NCBI GenBank assembly: GCA_032718475.1
Contig: JAUCBJ010004766.1
Location: 1 to 62,254, forward strand
Origin: Nemertoderma westbladi
Lineage: Eukaryota; Animalia; Xenacoelomorpha
DNA: 62,254 nucleotides
Reading direction: 5' to 3'
Position 1 is the stretch's first letter. Each line of letters starts with the position of its first letter. Positions 49,078 through 60,910 of this stretch are shown here, piece after piece. Position numbers and translations under genes: made by a program. The notes under the pieces are model-generated. The model was not told the DNA's origin and did no database searches. It saw only the letters and a program-made list of their open reading frames with translations.

Positions 49078-50538
49078 CTAATCGAGTCGGGGTAGAGCTC
49101 GTATTTGATATGGTTTAGGTAAAAGTGTAAATCCGGGAATTTGTTCATGCAAGCTGGGTAGGTCACCACTGGCAACCAGAGTAAATCTATGGAGTAGATG
49201 GCTGCTGAAAATTCTAAACTCCATTTGGGCGAGGCGTTCACCAGCGCAGATCCGAGGTCCAACTCCAAACGGAATGAATTCATCTCGCTTTCTTATAGTC
49301 GAACCGTCTTCCGATAGGAAATGTTGGGGGAAGAATTTATCGGCTTTCTCCCACACATTCGGGTCTCTTAGAACATTCCATATATTTCCAACAATAATAT
49401 CACTGGGGTATATTGTGTAGTTGTTGAATTCCATATCATGAGGAACCTTGTGAGCAACTGTTGTCGGAGCGATAACTCCAAATCTAAGAACCTCTAACAA
49501 ACAAGCCTCGAAATAGGGCATCTTGGAGAAGTCTTCGGTGGTTGGAAATCTGTCTCTACCGACAACTTCATCTATTGTTTTCTGACATTTCGCCTGGATA
49601 TCAGGATGTGTCACCATTATGAGGCCAAACCAGTACAATGCGCTAGTGGTTGTTTCTGATCCAGCAAGAAAAAGATCTGTTATTGACTGTTCCAAGTTGA
49701 GGTCTTTATAGTAAAATGAGACATCTGGTTGCCCTAAATCGATCCATTTCTTCTCCTCTATAATGTGGCAGTCAATGTAATCTCTGGGTGATTCGTAATC
49801 AATAGATTCACGATGTTCTTTTATGATCCTTCTGAACACTTTACATATATTTTCGATATTTCTATACTGATTAATATTATCACTAAGTAATATGTTAGAT
49901 AGGAACTTCGGTATATTGTATAAAAATGGGTTGATACGAAATTGTTGATTAACTAACTTTATGAGATGGTTAAACTCATTATCATCATAATCAAATCTTT
50001 CAGTAAAGACAACGCTGCTGATGACATTAGAAACAGCTTTACCAACAATCTTATATGAATCGAATGCCTCACCATCCAGTTTAGCGATCCAATCATTCAT
50101 CATACCAGCCTCTTCCGCAATGCGATCTTCGAAGCTTCTCCTACCCAGGTAGAATTGCCTTAAGACTGACATGAATAATTTACGTTGATTAACCCAGACT
50201 TTTCCACTTGATGATATAATACCATGATTGTTTATTCTATCCAGACGATAAGAAAATTGGCTACCATTTTCAACAAAAGCTTGTCGCACAATATTAAATG
50301 AATTCAAGATAATTATATTATAGCCCATAAGAGGTAACCTAATGATATCAGAGTTGAGTTCTTTACACCATTTCGCCCAACCTACAGTTCTTCTTTTACG
50401 GACCTTCCAAGCATTGAGAAACCCTCCTATTATTGGTAACCCTGGGGGTGATGGCGGTCTATCAGCTGTAGAGCAGTTCAACAAGAAATATATGATGACA
50501 ACAGAGGCAATGAAAATCAATATAGTAAATAAATCCAT
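49078..50538 (-). CDS. Cytochrome P450, CYP2 clan, single coding exon (486 aa)
   Basis: N-terminal TM anchor, PPSPPGLP hinge, WVNQR C-helix, AGSETT I-helix, EVLR K-helix, FFPQHF meander, FGVGPRICAGE heme-binding motif. First ATG is at 50538; the ORF-track start at 50559 is GTG. Confidence 0.95.
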   Translation of the reverse strand: MDLFTILIFIASVVIIYFLLNCSTADRPPSPPGLPIIGGFLNAWKVRKRRTVGWAKWCKELNSDIIRLPLMGYNIIILNSFNIVRQAFVENGSQFSYRLDRINNHGIISSSGKVWVNQRKLFMSVLRQFYLGRRSFEDRIAEEAGMMNDWIAKLDGEAFDSYKIVGKAVSNVISSVVFTERFDYDDNEFNHLIKLVNQQFRINPFLYNIPKFLSNILLSDNINQYRNIENICKVFRRIIKEHRESIDYESPRDYIDCHIIEEKKWIDLGQPDVSFYYKDLNLEQSITDLFLAGSETTTSALYWFGLIMVTHPDIQAKCQKTIDEVVGRDRFPTTEDFSKMPYFEACLLEVLRFGVIAPTTVAHKVPHDMEFNNYTIYPSDIIVGNIWNVLRDPNVWEKADKFFPQHFLSEDGSTIRKRDEFIPFGVGPRICAGERLAQMEFRIFSSHLLHRFTLVASGDLPSLHEQIPGFTLLPKPYQIRALPRLD

Positions 50539-50972
50539 TTTATTGAAGACACATACCACATTTAAGTGATTTAACTCAATGTTTAAATAATTTAGGCCTA
50601 ATAATTATTTAATTATTAAAAATTATATTATCATAAATCTGTAAATCGAATTGCATTAGGCCTACTCCTACTGATACTGAACATATCAAAGCATACTGCT
50701 GTACTGTAAGGTACCTAACACAACACTACAGCAAGACTGGTATTAATTATGGGTAGGCCTATGACTAAAGTCCGAATTTAATTTGTATACATTATTATAG
50801 GATACGGCTGTTCGGTACTGAATGAACCTGAACCATCGATATTGATTGTATTTAGATTAATCGTGTGTGATATTACCAATGCTACACTATACCAGTGCAG
50901 TATACAGACTATGCTATGCATTTAGCATTCATAACCTTTAGTATGATATGAACTTTGTTATGCACAATAATA

Positions 50973-51406
50973 ATTCTTGTCCGTTGGAATCTCTCATATC
51001 TGCTGATTTTGAGTCAACCACAATTATGAACAAGAATGGCGCAAGTGTGTCACCCTGGAGGACTCCCCAAACATTTCGAATGGTTCTGTGTCACCATCAA
51101 CAGTAGAACATCATCAGCTACACTCACTACTAGAGGATATCTACAGTTCTATAAAGTAACTTGTAAATGGACCAGTAGACTGCAAATAATCTTGTAATTT
51201 GGCAGTCTCATGGAGTGAATAAGCATGGTGGACAGCCCATGACTTTCTTGAGACGCATCTCAAAGGACACTGGCCTTGAATATGCGGATGATCTAGCAAA
51301 TGTCATGGGTGATAGGGAGTTGTGGCGGCGCAATTTTGTGGACAAGCCGGCACAGCATTCTTAAAATGCACCTGCAATGCAGCGTGCCGATCCTAGTAGT
51401 AGTAGT
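50973..51406. mobile_element. RTE LINE remnant: minus-strand RT piece joined to plus-strand 3' end
   Basis: Minus ~50973-51110 encodes VDGDTEPF..GVLQGDTLAPFLFIIVVD. Plus ~51170-51406 encodes LVIWQSHG..KDTGLE..GDRELWR followed by a (TAG)n tail. Confidence 0.8.
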
Positions 51407-52339
51407 GTAAATGGATCCCCCCCCCCCCAGATTTTCGTCAAAGGTTAAAATAAGCTTTACACCTTTCCAGCTATTTAAATATACTGTTAGGTGTTGAGTA
51501 GGCAAACTATTCATTTAATACTTAATACCGTAGACCTGACCTACTTCAAAACTCACTCCATTAATTATTTCAAGGCCAATTATCCTATCATATTGTGACA
51601 AACGGGCATTTTAGGGGTTTTATCAGAACGAATCATTGAGTTTTTCTTCCTACTCAGGGGGGTTTAACAGATCAAGCGATATTCAGACGGGATCTTATTT
51701 TGCGTTTTTCTCCGTTAATAACGCTGTTTTAACTTCTGGGGTTTTGTCAGAAGGTGGATATCAATCTAAGGTACCAGAATCACCAAAAACCATTTACCAG
51801 ATTACCCACGATGTACAGTACATATTAGGGGTTTTGATTGGCTATGATGTCATACACGGGGCCGATAGGGTAAATGTTGGGTTAGAAGCGTGCCATATTA
51901 CACTATACAGTAAGTATATGTATTGTATATATACTGTATTAGTAAATTAGGTTTCTCAAGTATATAAAAAGGGAGTTTATTACAGTATTCAATGAGTTAT
52001 TTTATAAATACCGGTTGTGGTTATTGGCAGAAGTATTATTACGTTGCTACGTTATTATTTCACCTCTACTGTAGTTATGCTACCAATACAGTGGGTTCTT
52101 ACACATACAGCAGTGCATAGTCAGTGTGTAATCGATGACACCTGAGGTTGAGATTGGCTCACGTTATACTTCTCACAACCACCTTATCGGAAATCAAAAC
52201 TCTAACTCCAAGTATTCTGAAGCTCACAGACATTAAGAATGAAAAATGATTTAAAGTTAAAATTGTCCATAATATATTCCCTTCATAATACATTAGCTTC
52301 ATATTTGAACATTCCGAATTGAAGCTTTATACTGTAAAA

Positions 52340-55300
52340 CTACGACTGAAGTTTCTCAGCTTCCTGTTCCTGAGCCTGTAATCTTTGCCGCCTATTCCTT
52401 CGAGCTGCAAGTTTGGCTTGTAAATCTGCCCCATGGCGTTCGCGATTTAATTTCTGGATAAAATTAAAACAAAATTAGTTAAATAACTTTTATACAATAA
52501 TGACAATTATTGAAAACGTTCTGTACGTGAACTACTTACAGTTCACCGTTTTATACAGTATACTGCAACACAATTGTTTCATTTCCATACAAAATCAATG
52601 ATTTAACGAACCTGACTCTCCTCAAATTCCGCCATCTCGGCTTCGTGTTCGGCTTTCAACCTCTCGATATCTCCAAAGAGGTCCTCCTGTGTGGGCGGTG
52701 GCGCCAGCTCGCCCTTGGGTATTAATTTGGGTTTCTCTTTCAACTCGGCCCCGCCTAACGCCTCTAACTCAGCATCGATTTTCAATGAAGGGTCTGTAAC
52801 CGGTGTGATTGAGAAGGACTGGATCTCTGAAGCAACAGGAACCTTTTCTAATGAAGCTTCTTCTGACTGGTCCTAAATATATTTAATTGGAATAAAATGT
52901 TTCATTCGCGGGATGTATACTGTACTACTGTAGGCCTACTGTACATATTCAGTTCACCACATGTAGGCTTACTACAGTAAACGGACTTACAACGTCAGAC
53001 ACTCTATAATACAATTATAATTAGACGAACCATCTTACACTAACTACTGGATGATAACAGAAAAAAACTCCTTAGTTAAGTATATTAGACAATGCGATAT
53101 AAATAAATATTATTATTATTATTACCTGCAATTTGTTTAAATCATCTTCGCCGATATCGATCCCCAATTCCTCTTTAATCTTTATCACCATTAGATGCGT
53201 TCTTTCTCGTCTCAGGGCGCGGTTGGATTGCCTCTTTTCGTCTCTCAAATTTGATAAATCCCTATAAACAGGCGACATTATTAATTCATTAATTTGATTG
53301 CTTTTATGTTTAATGATAATAAATAATGAGTGACGATGCTATGGGGTCTATGCTGGAAGATCTCCAACACGGGACAGCCGAGAGCCACCAAACCAGATTC
53401 TACCCCGTGTTGCGAAATAATAAACTATACAGTACTGTAAAGTAAAAAAGTATGTAGAAATAAACAGACATAATTTACAGCAAAAAAACAAGGATGCTAA
53501 ATATATACTGTAGGCCTACAGTAACTGTAGGGCCTAATGGCCTATTATAATATAAAGGAAGGCGAAAAGTAAACAGGCTTGTAAAGCAGGCAGGGAGGCA
53601 GACTGGTATAAATATACAATATATTTAGCAGTAAGAATCCTATTACTGTGTCTTCTAATATAAACCATGTAAATTAAGAAATTTAAAATTAATTCTTAAT
53701 GGTTTTTCAACCTGTATATAATTCACACTACAGTACATGAAATTTTAATTTCCAAGTTATGTACAGGAGGTTTACAGTACAGAGGCCCCTACTACTGTAT
53801 TAAAGTCTGAACCTGTATAATTACAGTAGTACAGCAATGGCCACACCACACCAAACACTAACTTGTCAATGGTTCCAGTGATAACAGATTCCATCCATTG
53901 ATGCAACGCGGCACCTCGCTTATAAACACTGTCGTAGCACAACATGGCGTGATCATATCGCTTCTGGGTGAGCATGTCTGTGAATATATTGGCGACGGCG
54001 AGGTTCATTGTCTGTATCTCCTCCGGTTTACAGTAAGGGAACTCTATAGTGGACAGTGTTCCCTGGGAACTCGTCAGATTCTGAGATGCTGCTACGATAT
54101 TATCTCGCGCTTCGGCGGTCACTTGGTATCTGAGGTAATACAAAATCAGTTAGATGGGAATGATGAAGGTTAAGATGAGTCAATTACAATAAACTTAGAG
54201 AAAAAAATATGTAATACCGGGTTAACTGGCATTTATTTCAGGTTATACAGTGTAGGCCTACTTCAATAGCATCAGCGATCGGTTAGGAATATATAGTACT
54301 AACTGTAAGTACAGACATTTAACACTATTTAAACCGAATTGAACTGAATTGGAACAAAAATCTGTGGAACTGGACAATTATTGGACATGGACAGTATTTG
54401 GTCGCAAACGAAAATAAATCGAAATATTTCACCAATAGAGATTTAAATTACTCGATAACCTTTGTAGATAAGCCTGTCTAGGCTACTGGTTGTGAATTAA
54501 AGCCCCTTGACGTGGAATGTGCCACCATTTACTGTATTGGGGACCTATAGTACTGTTATATTGGTCCATGGGGTCGCTGGTAGGACTTACAGTAGGCAGA
54601 CATACCTTAGGTGGTAAAAAGCATAATTGTAATACGGTGGCTCAAAGCGGCCAATTTGATTTGTATAATTTTCAAAAAAATTAATATCAAACAAAAGTAA
54701 ATCATTTAAAAAAGCATCAAACAAAAGTCATTTAAGATTCATATAAAAAAAGTCATTTGAAAAAATTCATTTGAAAAAAGTCATATTTTAAAAAATTTAT
54801 CAAACAAAAGTCTTACATTCAGACATTAATTTATGATATGGCTTTTGTTGGATATGAATTTTTAAAAAGTTTAGCAATGAAATTGGCCGCAATGAGCCAG
54901 ACTGTACCCTACGGTTGAGTTTATTTATAACTCACCTTAGACCGCGGTTTTGCACTGGAACCTTCACCAAGTCACACCATCTACCTATCGCGTACTGTAA
55001 CTGGTCTACAGCGTGTTTTACAAGAACACTAGCAGACGTCCACTTGTAATGAGCTGTTTCAATCTAAAACCACAATAGTCAAAAATTACGTACTGTAGTC
55101 TGTAATGCTGCATGGCTCTTCCCATCATCGGGACATAGTTATGGGTCAAACTATAGGTTCATGGTGCGATTCATTAGTATAATAATCGTACTGTACCATG
55201 TACAGTACCAGGTACCATGTCAGATACCATGTTGAGTAGCCCTACCGTGGAATTTAATATATTATGCAGTATACTAAAGTAGTAAAAGTTACTATAAGCA

Positions 55301-57212
55301 ATATTACGTAAGATAATTAAGTGAACATACCTTATGTAATCGAATATTTAAATTATCAACAAGTAATTCTAATCTCTGTTCTTCTTCACTGCCATAATCC
55401 CCGTCAAATATTTCACCAAGAATTTCGTCTTGTCTATCCAACGATTTCTAAAGCAACCAAATCGGAACATTTCAAAAATATTGTTAAATAATTAATAATG
55501 GTAAATAACGTTCACATGGCAGTTAGATACTGTATATGTCAGATTAAAGCCACAGTAGCTGATTAAAGCTAGTATGGCCTACCCATACCCTACCCCAGGT
55601 ACTGACTACTGTAAGCCTACTACTGTACAGTATTCGTATGTTGTTGGTTGATTTACCACTAATATTTTACAACTGTAATAATAATTAAAGCACCAGTATT
55701 AAAAAACCTTATAATACCCACTGGTCTTCAGGTACATAAAACTGTTACTAACTAGTTTCATCTAACTAAAAGTATCATTCATTAGAGTATATGCCTAGGC
55801 ATAATATTTTACGAATGGTATTTACTGTAGTTTAGTCAAACGTACCTCCAATGTATGTTTCTCAGCATCCAATGAGCTCAGTTCGATTTCCAATGAAGTT
55901 ATTTGTTCCGTAATACCATCTAACTCCTTCTTGCACACCTACAAATTGATTAGCATTTGTTAGCGCGGTTCGAGTGTGTTTTTATTTTATACACATGTTC
56001 GGCCTGCATTACGGCGGGATGCCGGCGAGAAACATTCAAAGTTCAGCAAAGATCTCAACCCCGTTATCCTTGTGCTACGTTTGGATTACAAAACATATTA
56101 CAATGCATGAAATGTTTGGACGCGCAAACGAACTGCGTATGATTTCTAATCACCAATGCTACCTTACCTTCTACACATTGTGAACTGCTAAGCTAACATT
56201 ACCTCTTGTTTATTTAGGGCGTCCATATACTCTTGTTGTTCTTTAGCCATCACCTCATCCAGATTTCCTTGCTTGAGAAACATGTCTTGGACCGTAGTAT
56301 TACTCTCTATGTCAACCACGTCCTGGTATTCTTTGGCTGTTTCATCGCACAACTGCTTATATCTGTGTAAACACAATATAATAATGGAAAAAAGTAAATT
56401 AAATCAAAATTATATAGATGTGTTATATTTTATAGAAGGATTCCTCAACTATTTACTTATTGTTATACTGTACTGTATTTTCATATTAGAGTAAGGGATC
56501 CCATATTTATTATCCAATCAATATTTCTTAATAGGCCTATTATTAATTTAGATGCATATTGACTTTGTACCGTAAAGTAGGCCCAATTACCATCTACACA
56601 TACATTACCTCGTTTCAGTAGACTTCTGAAACAAATACAACTCCCTCAGCTTGTCTTGCTTTACTGTAAGAGTAGATCTCGTTTGGCCCAAACTGTGTAT
56701 AGTTTTTTCGAGTTCCATGTATTCTTCTAGAATATTCTGATGATGTTTTCTCTGACTGTTGTCGGGTGTTCCATCTACGAAACCAACATTAAAAACAATA
56801 TTCTAAGACAATATGCACAATCTTGTCACAAATGCAAATAAACTGTGGACCTACAGTACCATTGCATAGGCCTACTATTATTTGTGAGATTGAAGTTGAA
56901 TGGAGCCATAATGAAATTTCTCAATTTTACCCACCTTATTAGTAAATGGTAATCATCGATTGGCTTATACATATAAAATATATATACAGGGATGGAAGGA
57001 TACGATTTCGTTTCTACAAAATGAAAAAAAATTATTCTAAGATTATGAGTTTCTGTATACATCTAACCTGTTTCTCCTACTGGATTCTGCATAATAAAAA
57101 GATCAGATATTTTCTGTTTTATATCAACATCAGATTGAGTTGGTCTCGGTTGCTTTGGTTGCAGGGGAGGAGCTGTAGGTACTACTGCTTCTACACGTGG
57201 GTTAGGGGCTAC
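52340..57212 (-). CDS. Uncharacterised coiled-coil protein, 10 coding exons, 5'-incomplete (528 aa assembled)
   Basis: Exons 57212-57068, 56774-56609, 56362-56203, 55938-55846, 55447-55331, 55063-54936, 54129-53863, 53261-53126, 52872-52612, 52453-52340 (TAG). All have AG/GT boundaries and compatible phases (1,2,0,0,0,2,2,0,0). Ends ..APPPTQEDLFGDIERLK..LQAKLAARRNRRQR... Candidate AATAAA at 51981-51976. Confidence 0.92.
54635..54904. mobile_element. Intronic TA-flanked MITE
   Basis: TA|CGGTGGCTCAAAGCGGCCAATTT is inverted relative to AAATTGGCCGCAATGAGCCAGACTG|TA; internal TCAAACAAAAGT repeats. Confidence 0.65.
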
Positions 57213-57444
57213 CTGCAATCCAAAATACTATACATTAAGCTGTTCGTAATGTGTGCTTTAGGTCTCTATACACTCCATATTGTGTAGGCCTACATGACTA
57301 ACAATGAACAGCATACTACGATTCGAATATCACTGAATACGTTAGGCCTCTTGTATGTTCTAGTCAACCCTTTCGTATACATTAAACATACAATTATTAT
57401 TTGTGAATAATCAATAATAGTAGGCCTATAATGGAAGAGCTCCT

Positions 57445-57665
57445 ACACACAAAAAACTGTCCTTGTCAAATTTGCAAGAAATTTATTGTCAAAGTATTGA
57501 CTATAATATTCTTGTCAATATGACATATATTTCTAGACACATTGACAAGAAAAATTATCATTATAAAAATGACAAGATTGGTTTGTCAATATAGCAAGAA
57601 TCATGACAAGATATATTGTCAATATAATGTAGAAGTGTTTGATTTGTCAATTTAGCAAGAAATCT
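57445..57665 (+). mobile_element. DNA transposon end with TTGTCAA/TTGACAA subterminal repeats (EnSpm/CACTA-like)
   Basis: TA|CACACAAAAAA start followed by about 10 TTGTCAA/TGACAAG motifs. The partner end is not found in the window. Confidence 0.45.
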
Positions 57666-58946
57666 TGGCCACATACATATGCCACATATCAATATATTTA
57701 TTATAATGTACAACAATGTATATACTGTTAGTAGTTAATATATTAAGCCTCACCCAGATATATTGTTATGTCCTCAGTGTCAGCATGTCTGGAAAGGTTA
57801 TAATAGATTTAAGAACCTGCCAACATCATGATCATTGATATTGATCATGATCCGCAGTGCATGATCGTCAGATACTTCACAAGAAGTATCCCAAATTATC
57901 TTCCACACATACAGTATTATGAAGCTATTGTTCCATTTAATAATGATGACTGAATGTTTCAACGACCAAGGAATGGAAATTCAGCAGATTATTATTATAG
58001 AGAGATTTTTGATTTTCTATCCAAAACATTAAAAGGTTTACTTACTGTAGTGGCACAGTTTTTTGAACGCCATTAGAACATAGTTTGGATGGGTTCCTGG
58101 TTTCGGAGGAAGTTCCATAACCATCAATCATATCTGTGCATTAGGTTAATTTTCTATGCATGGATTTATATGTATTACTGCTGTATTGGTTCAGAGCTGT
58201 GCTGTACATTATTTGGCAGGGATTCTATAGATTCAAATTATTTTAGTATTCAATTGTTGTTAAATAGTATTATTGTCCAATAAGAAATCTTCACAAAAAA
58301 AATACCGCCAAAACAACCATAGGCCTATGCTGATCCTATCCAATCAACTGTATTAGTAACATGTATTAGACTACCGTAGGCGTAGGCAGTACTGCAGTAG
58401 GACAGGAGGAGGACACTCAGCTCAGACTGCATTGCTGACATTCAGACATTGGACATTCCGGCGTTATACAGTTATAGGCTGGCTGATAGGCCTATTTATA
58501 ACGCCCCTAGGGCGCGAGGCAGCACACCACTACATCAGTACGTACATACCCGTACAATAGGTAAGCCTACTGCTGTACTGCAATAGCTGATTAGGCAGTT
58601 AGGCCCTAATCAGCTAATACTGTAATACTGTCAGACTGTAGGCCTACTGAATTTTTCATTCAACTTCTGAACTTAGGCCCTACAGCCCTATTTCTGTATT
58701 TTATAACAAAATGATTCTCTCCTGCTCCTCTGTCCTCACTGCCTCAGCTCAAGTCAGTCTTAAAACAGTTAGGCCTAACAGTTAAGTACCAGGCTGCCTG
58801 GCTGCCAGGTAGTCTACTGGTCTAACATGAATGAATACCTGACTGCCTGAATACCCACTAAGCCGATGACAGTGTTCACTGCTGGTGCTGATACTGTGAT
58901 GTGATATGGTCATGGGCCTATAAACTTCAGAACATCAGAACTTATA

Positions 58947-60669
58947 CCGTAAAATGGGGCTACTTTGCCCAGTGGGGTAACTTTGCCCGATCTTTTCTTG
59001 GTCAATATAAACAGTATTTGCCACCAATTAATTAATTAATTAATTATTAATTTTTGTACTATTGTGTAGAACAATAATTGGAGATTATAAGAGTATACCG
59101 TTACAGTGATAATTATATACAATAATTTATTTATCATCGTGTTTATGTTGCTCATCAAAAATGACAAAATTTTAACCTCCCAAACTTCAACTTGCAAAAA
59201 TTATTTGTCAACCCCCCACACCATCAAATCAGTTTTATATCAAATTCACAGTTATTCAGCAATAATAAAATCAAAGCTTCAGTCCTCAACGATTAACCAA
59301 CTTGATGTAAAATTTACTTTTATGCAACGAAACCCAAATTTTATAAAAGGCGGACAACTTTGCCCACCTTAACATTTAATACAATATAATACGTTACAAA
59401 TTGGATGTACCAGCTGGTAAATCAGTGTCTGCCGAAGACATATACATTCAAAGGAAAGATAAGGAGAATCAAAATCGGGGTCGAGGGCGCAGTCGTGGTC
59501 GTGGTCGGGGTACTCGAGGACGTGGAAATACTCACAGTCAAAGGTTGCAGGGGGTGATTGGGAGAGGGGCAGGAAGGAATTTATTCCCACAACAGTCTGA
59601 TGATGAAATTGTGTTGAGTTCTGACTCATCTGTTAGCAGTGAATGCTGGCCTGATATCTCAGATAGCCATGATGATAGTAATACGTCTGCTGCCACTGAT
59701 AGCAGTGAGGGGACAATTGCAGTTATTTGTGCTTTTGATGAAATATTACCAGATTACCGGCTAGCCCAATGAGTGGTCACAGCAGTCCTATAGAATTGTT
59801 CGCTGATTGGAATTTCGATATCGAACTCCTGGATCGTGAACTTGAACTCTAGCAGGTTATCATTTTGATTTCAAACTCCTGCAATGTAAACTTTAACTCT
59901 TTTCGAACTCTTGGATCGTGAACTGGAACTCTAGCTTATTGTTTTGATTTTGATCTCCCGCAAAGTGAACTTGAACCTGTTTTCGAACTCTTTGATCGTG
60001 AACTTGAACTCTATATACCGGTATAGCTTATGCCTATTGTTTTGATTTTGAACTGCTTGTGCATGGAACGTGAACTCTAGCATACTGTTTTCTAAATAAC
60101 TGAGCTTCAACTTTGTTTATATAGGCCTACTGTAGTTTGTTTATATGAAATATTTCTTATATGAATATGAAATTATATTCTTAATAGTGTTTGTGCATTC
60201 TGGCATTAGTCTGTTGTTAGTGTAAGTTCTTTGTTATATATGTTCATATATACAGTAATGCCTCCCATTTCACTATGCGATGGTGAATTGGGTTAGGTTT
60301 TTTTTTTAAATCTTGCCAGTGGGCAAAGTTGTCCTGATTTATGTCAATTTTGCCTAAACTAGTGAACATTCTACAAATTGTAAGACAAAGTTTAGGGAAA
60401 ATATGGCGAAAATGGTGTAATTTGCTATGAAAAAACTGTAATGGGCAAAGTTGTCCACAAGTGGGGCAACTTTGCCCAATGCAGGAATTTTTAAAAAACT
60501 ATATGCAAACACAAAAAAAAGCTACATAGTAAAGTTTTATCACATAAAATAATTACTGGAGTACCCTATGGATACATTCATATTGACTTTATTCAAAGTA
60601 TAGACATATTTAACAACCGTCGACGCCATCAACTTTGGGCCAAGTGGGCAAAGTAGCCCCATTTTACGG
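58947..60669 (+). mobile_element. Non-autonomous pogo/Tc1-mariner-superfamily transposon
   Basis: Perfect 25-bp TIRs CCGTAAAATGGGGCTACTTTGCCCA, TA on both flanks, internal ACTTTGCCC repeats, residual RG-rich/acidic ORF at 59401-59772, no DDE domain. Confidence 0.9.
59815..60090. repeat. Internal tandem repeats (TCGAACTC..GATCGTGAACTTGAACTCTA..TTTTGATTT)
   Basis: About 3-4 imperfect ~80-bp units with ~40-bp sub-periodicity inside the pogo-like element. Confidence 0.7.
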
Positions 60670-60739
60670 TATTTCTGATTTTGGTAAGTTCACAAACACT
60701 GAAACAGACAAATTTTATAGTTTTACCGGTCCGTAGTAG

Positions 60740-60910
60740 AGTAGTACCAGTATTTATTTATTAGTTTAGTACCGGTACCGGTAGTATTTATTTATTTTAC
60801 AGTATTAGTTTAGTTAGTATTTTTTTTATTAGTTTAGTACCGGTAGTATTTATTTATTAGTTTAGTAGTAGGCCTATTTATTTATTAGTGTAGTATGCCT
60901 AGTATTTATT
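60740..60910. repeat. Low-complexity minisatellite (TAGTATTTATTTATTAGTT)
   Basis: About 6 imperfect copies interspersed with TACCGGTA/TAGGCCTA words. Confidence 0.7.

Noticed and set aside
49310-49345. PERF motif changed to PQHF as a sign of inactivation
   Set aside because: His at this position is common in CYP2-family enzymes (PEHF-type), and the other motifs are intact.
50539-50559. ORF-track N-terminal extension of the P450
   Set aside because: It begins at GTG; the eukaryotic start is the ATG at 50538, directly before the TM anchor.
59401-59772. RG-rich ORF as a host RNA-binding gene
   Set aside because: It lies inside a TIR/TA-bounded element, has a non-ATG start and no domain; more likely a transposase C-terminal remnant.
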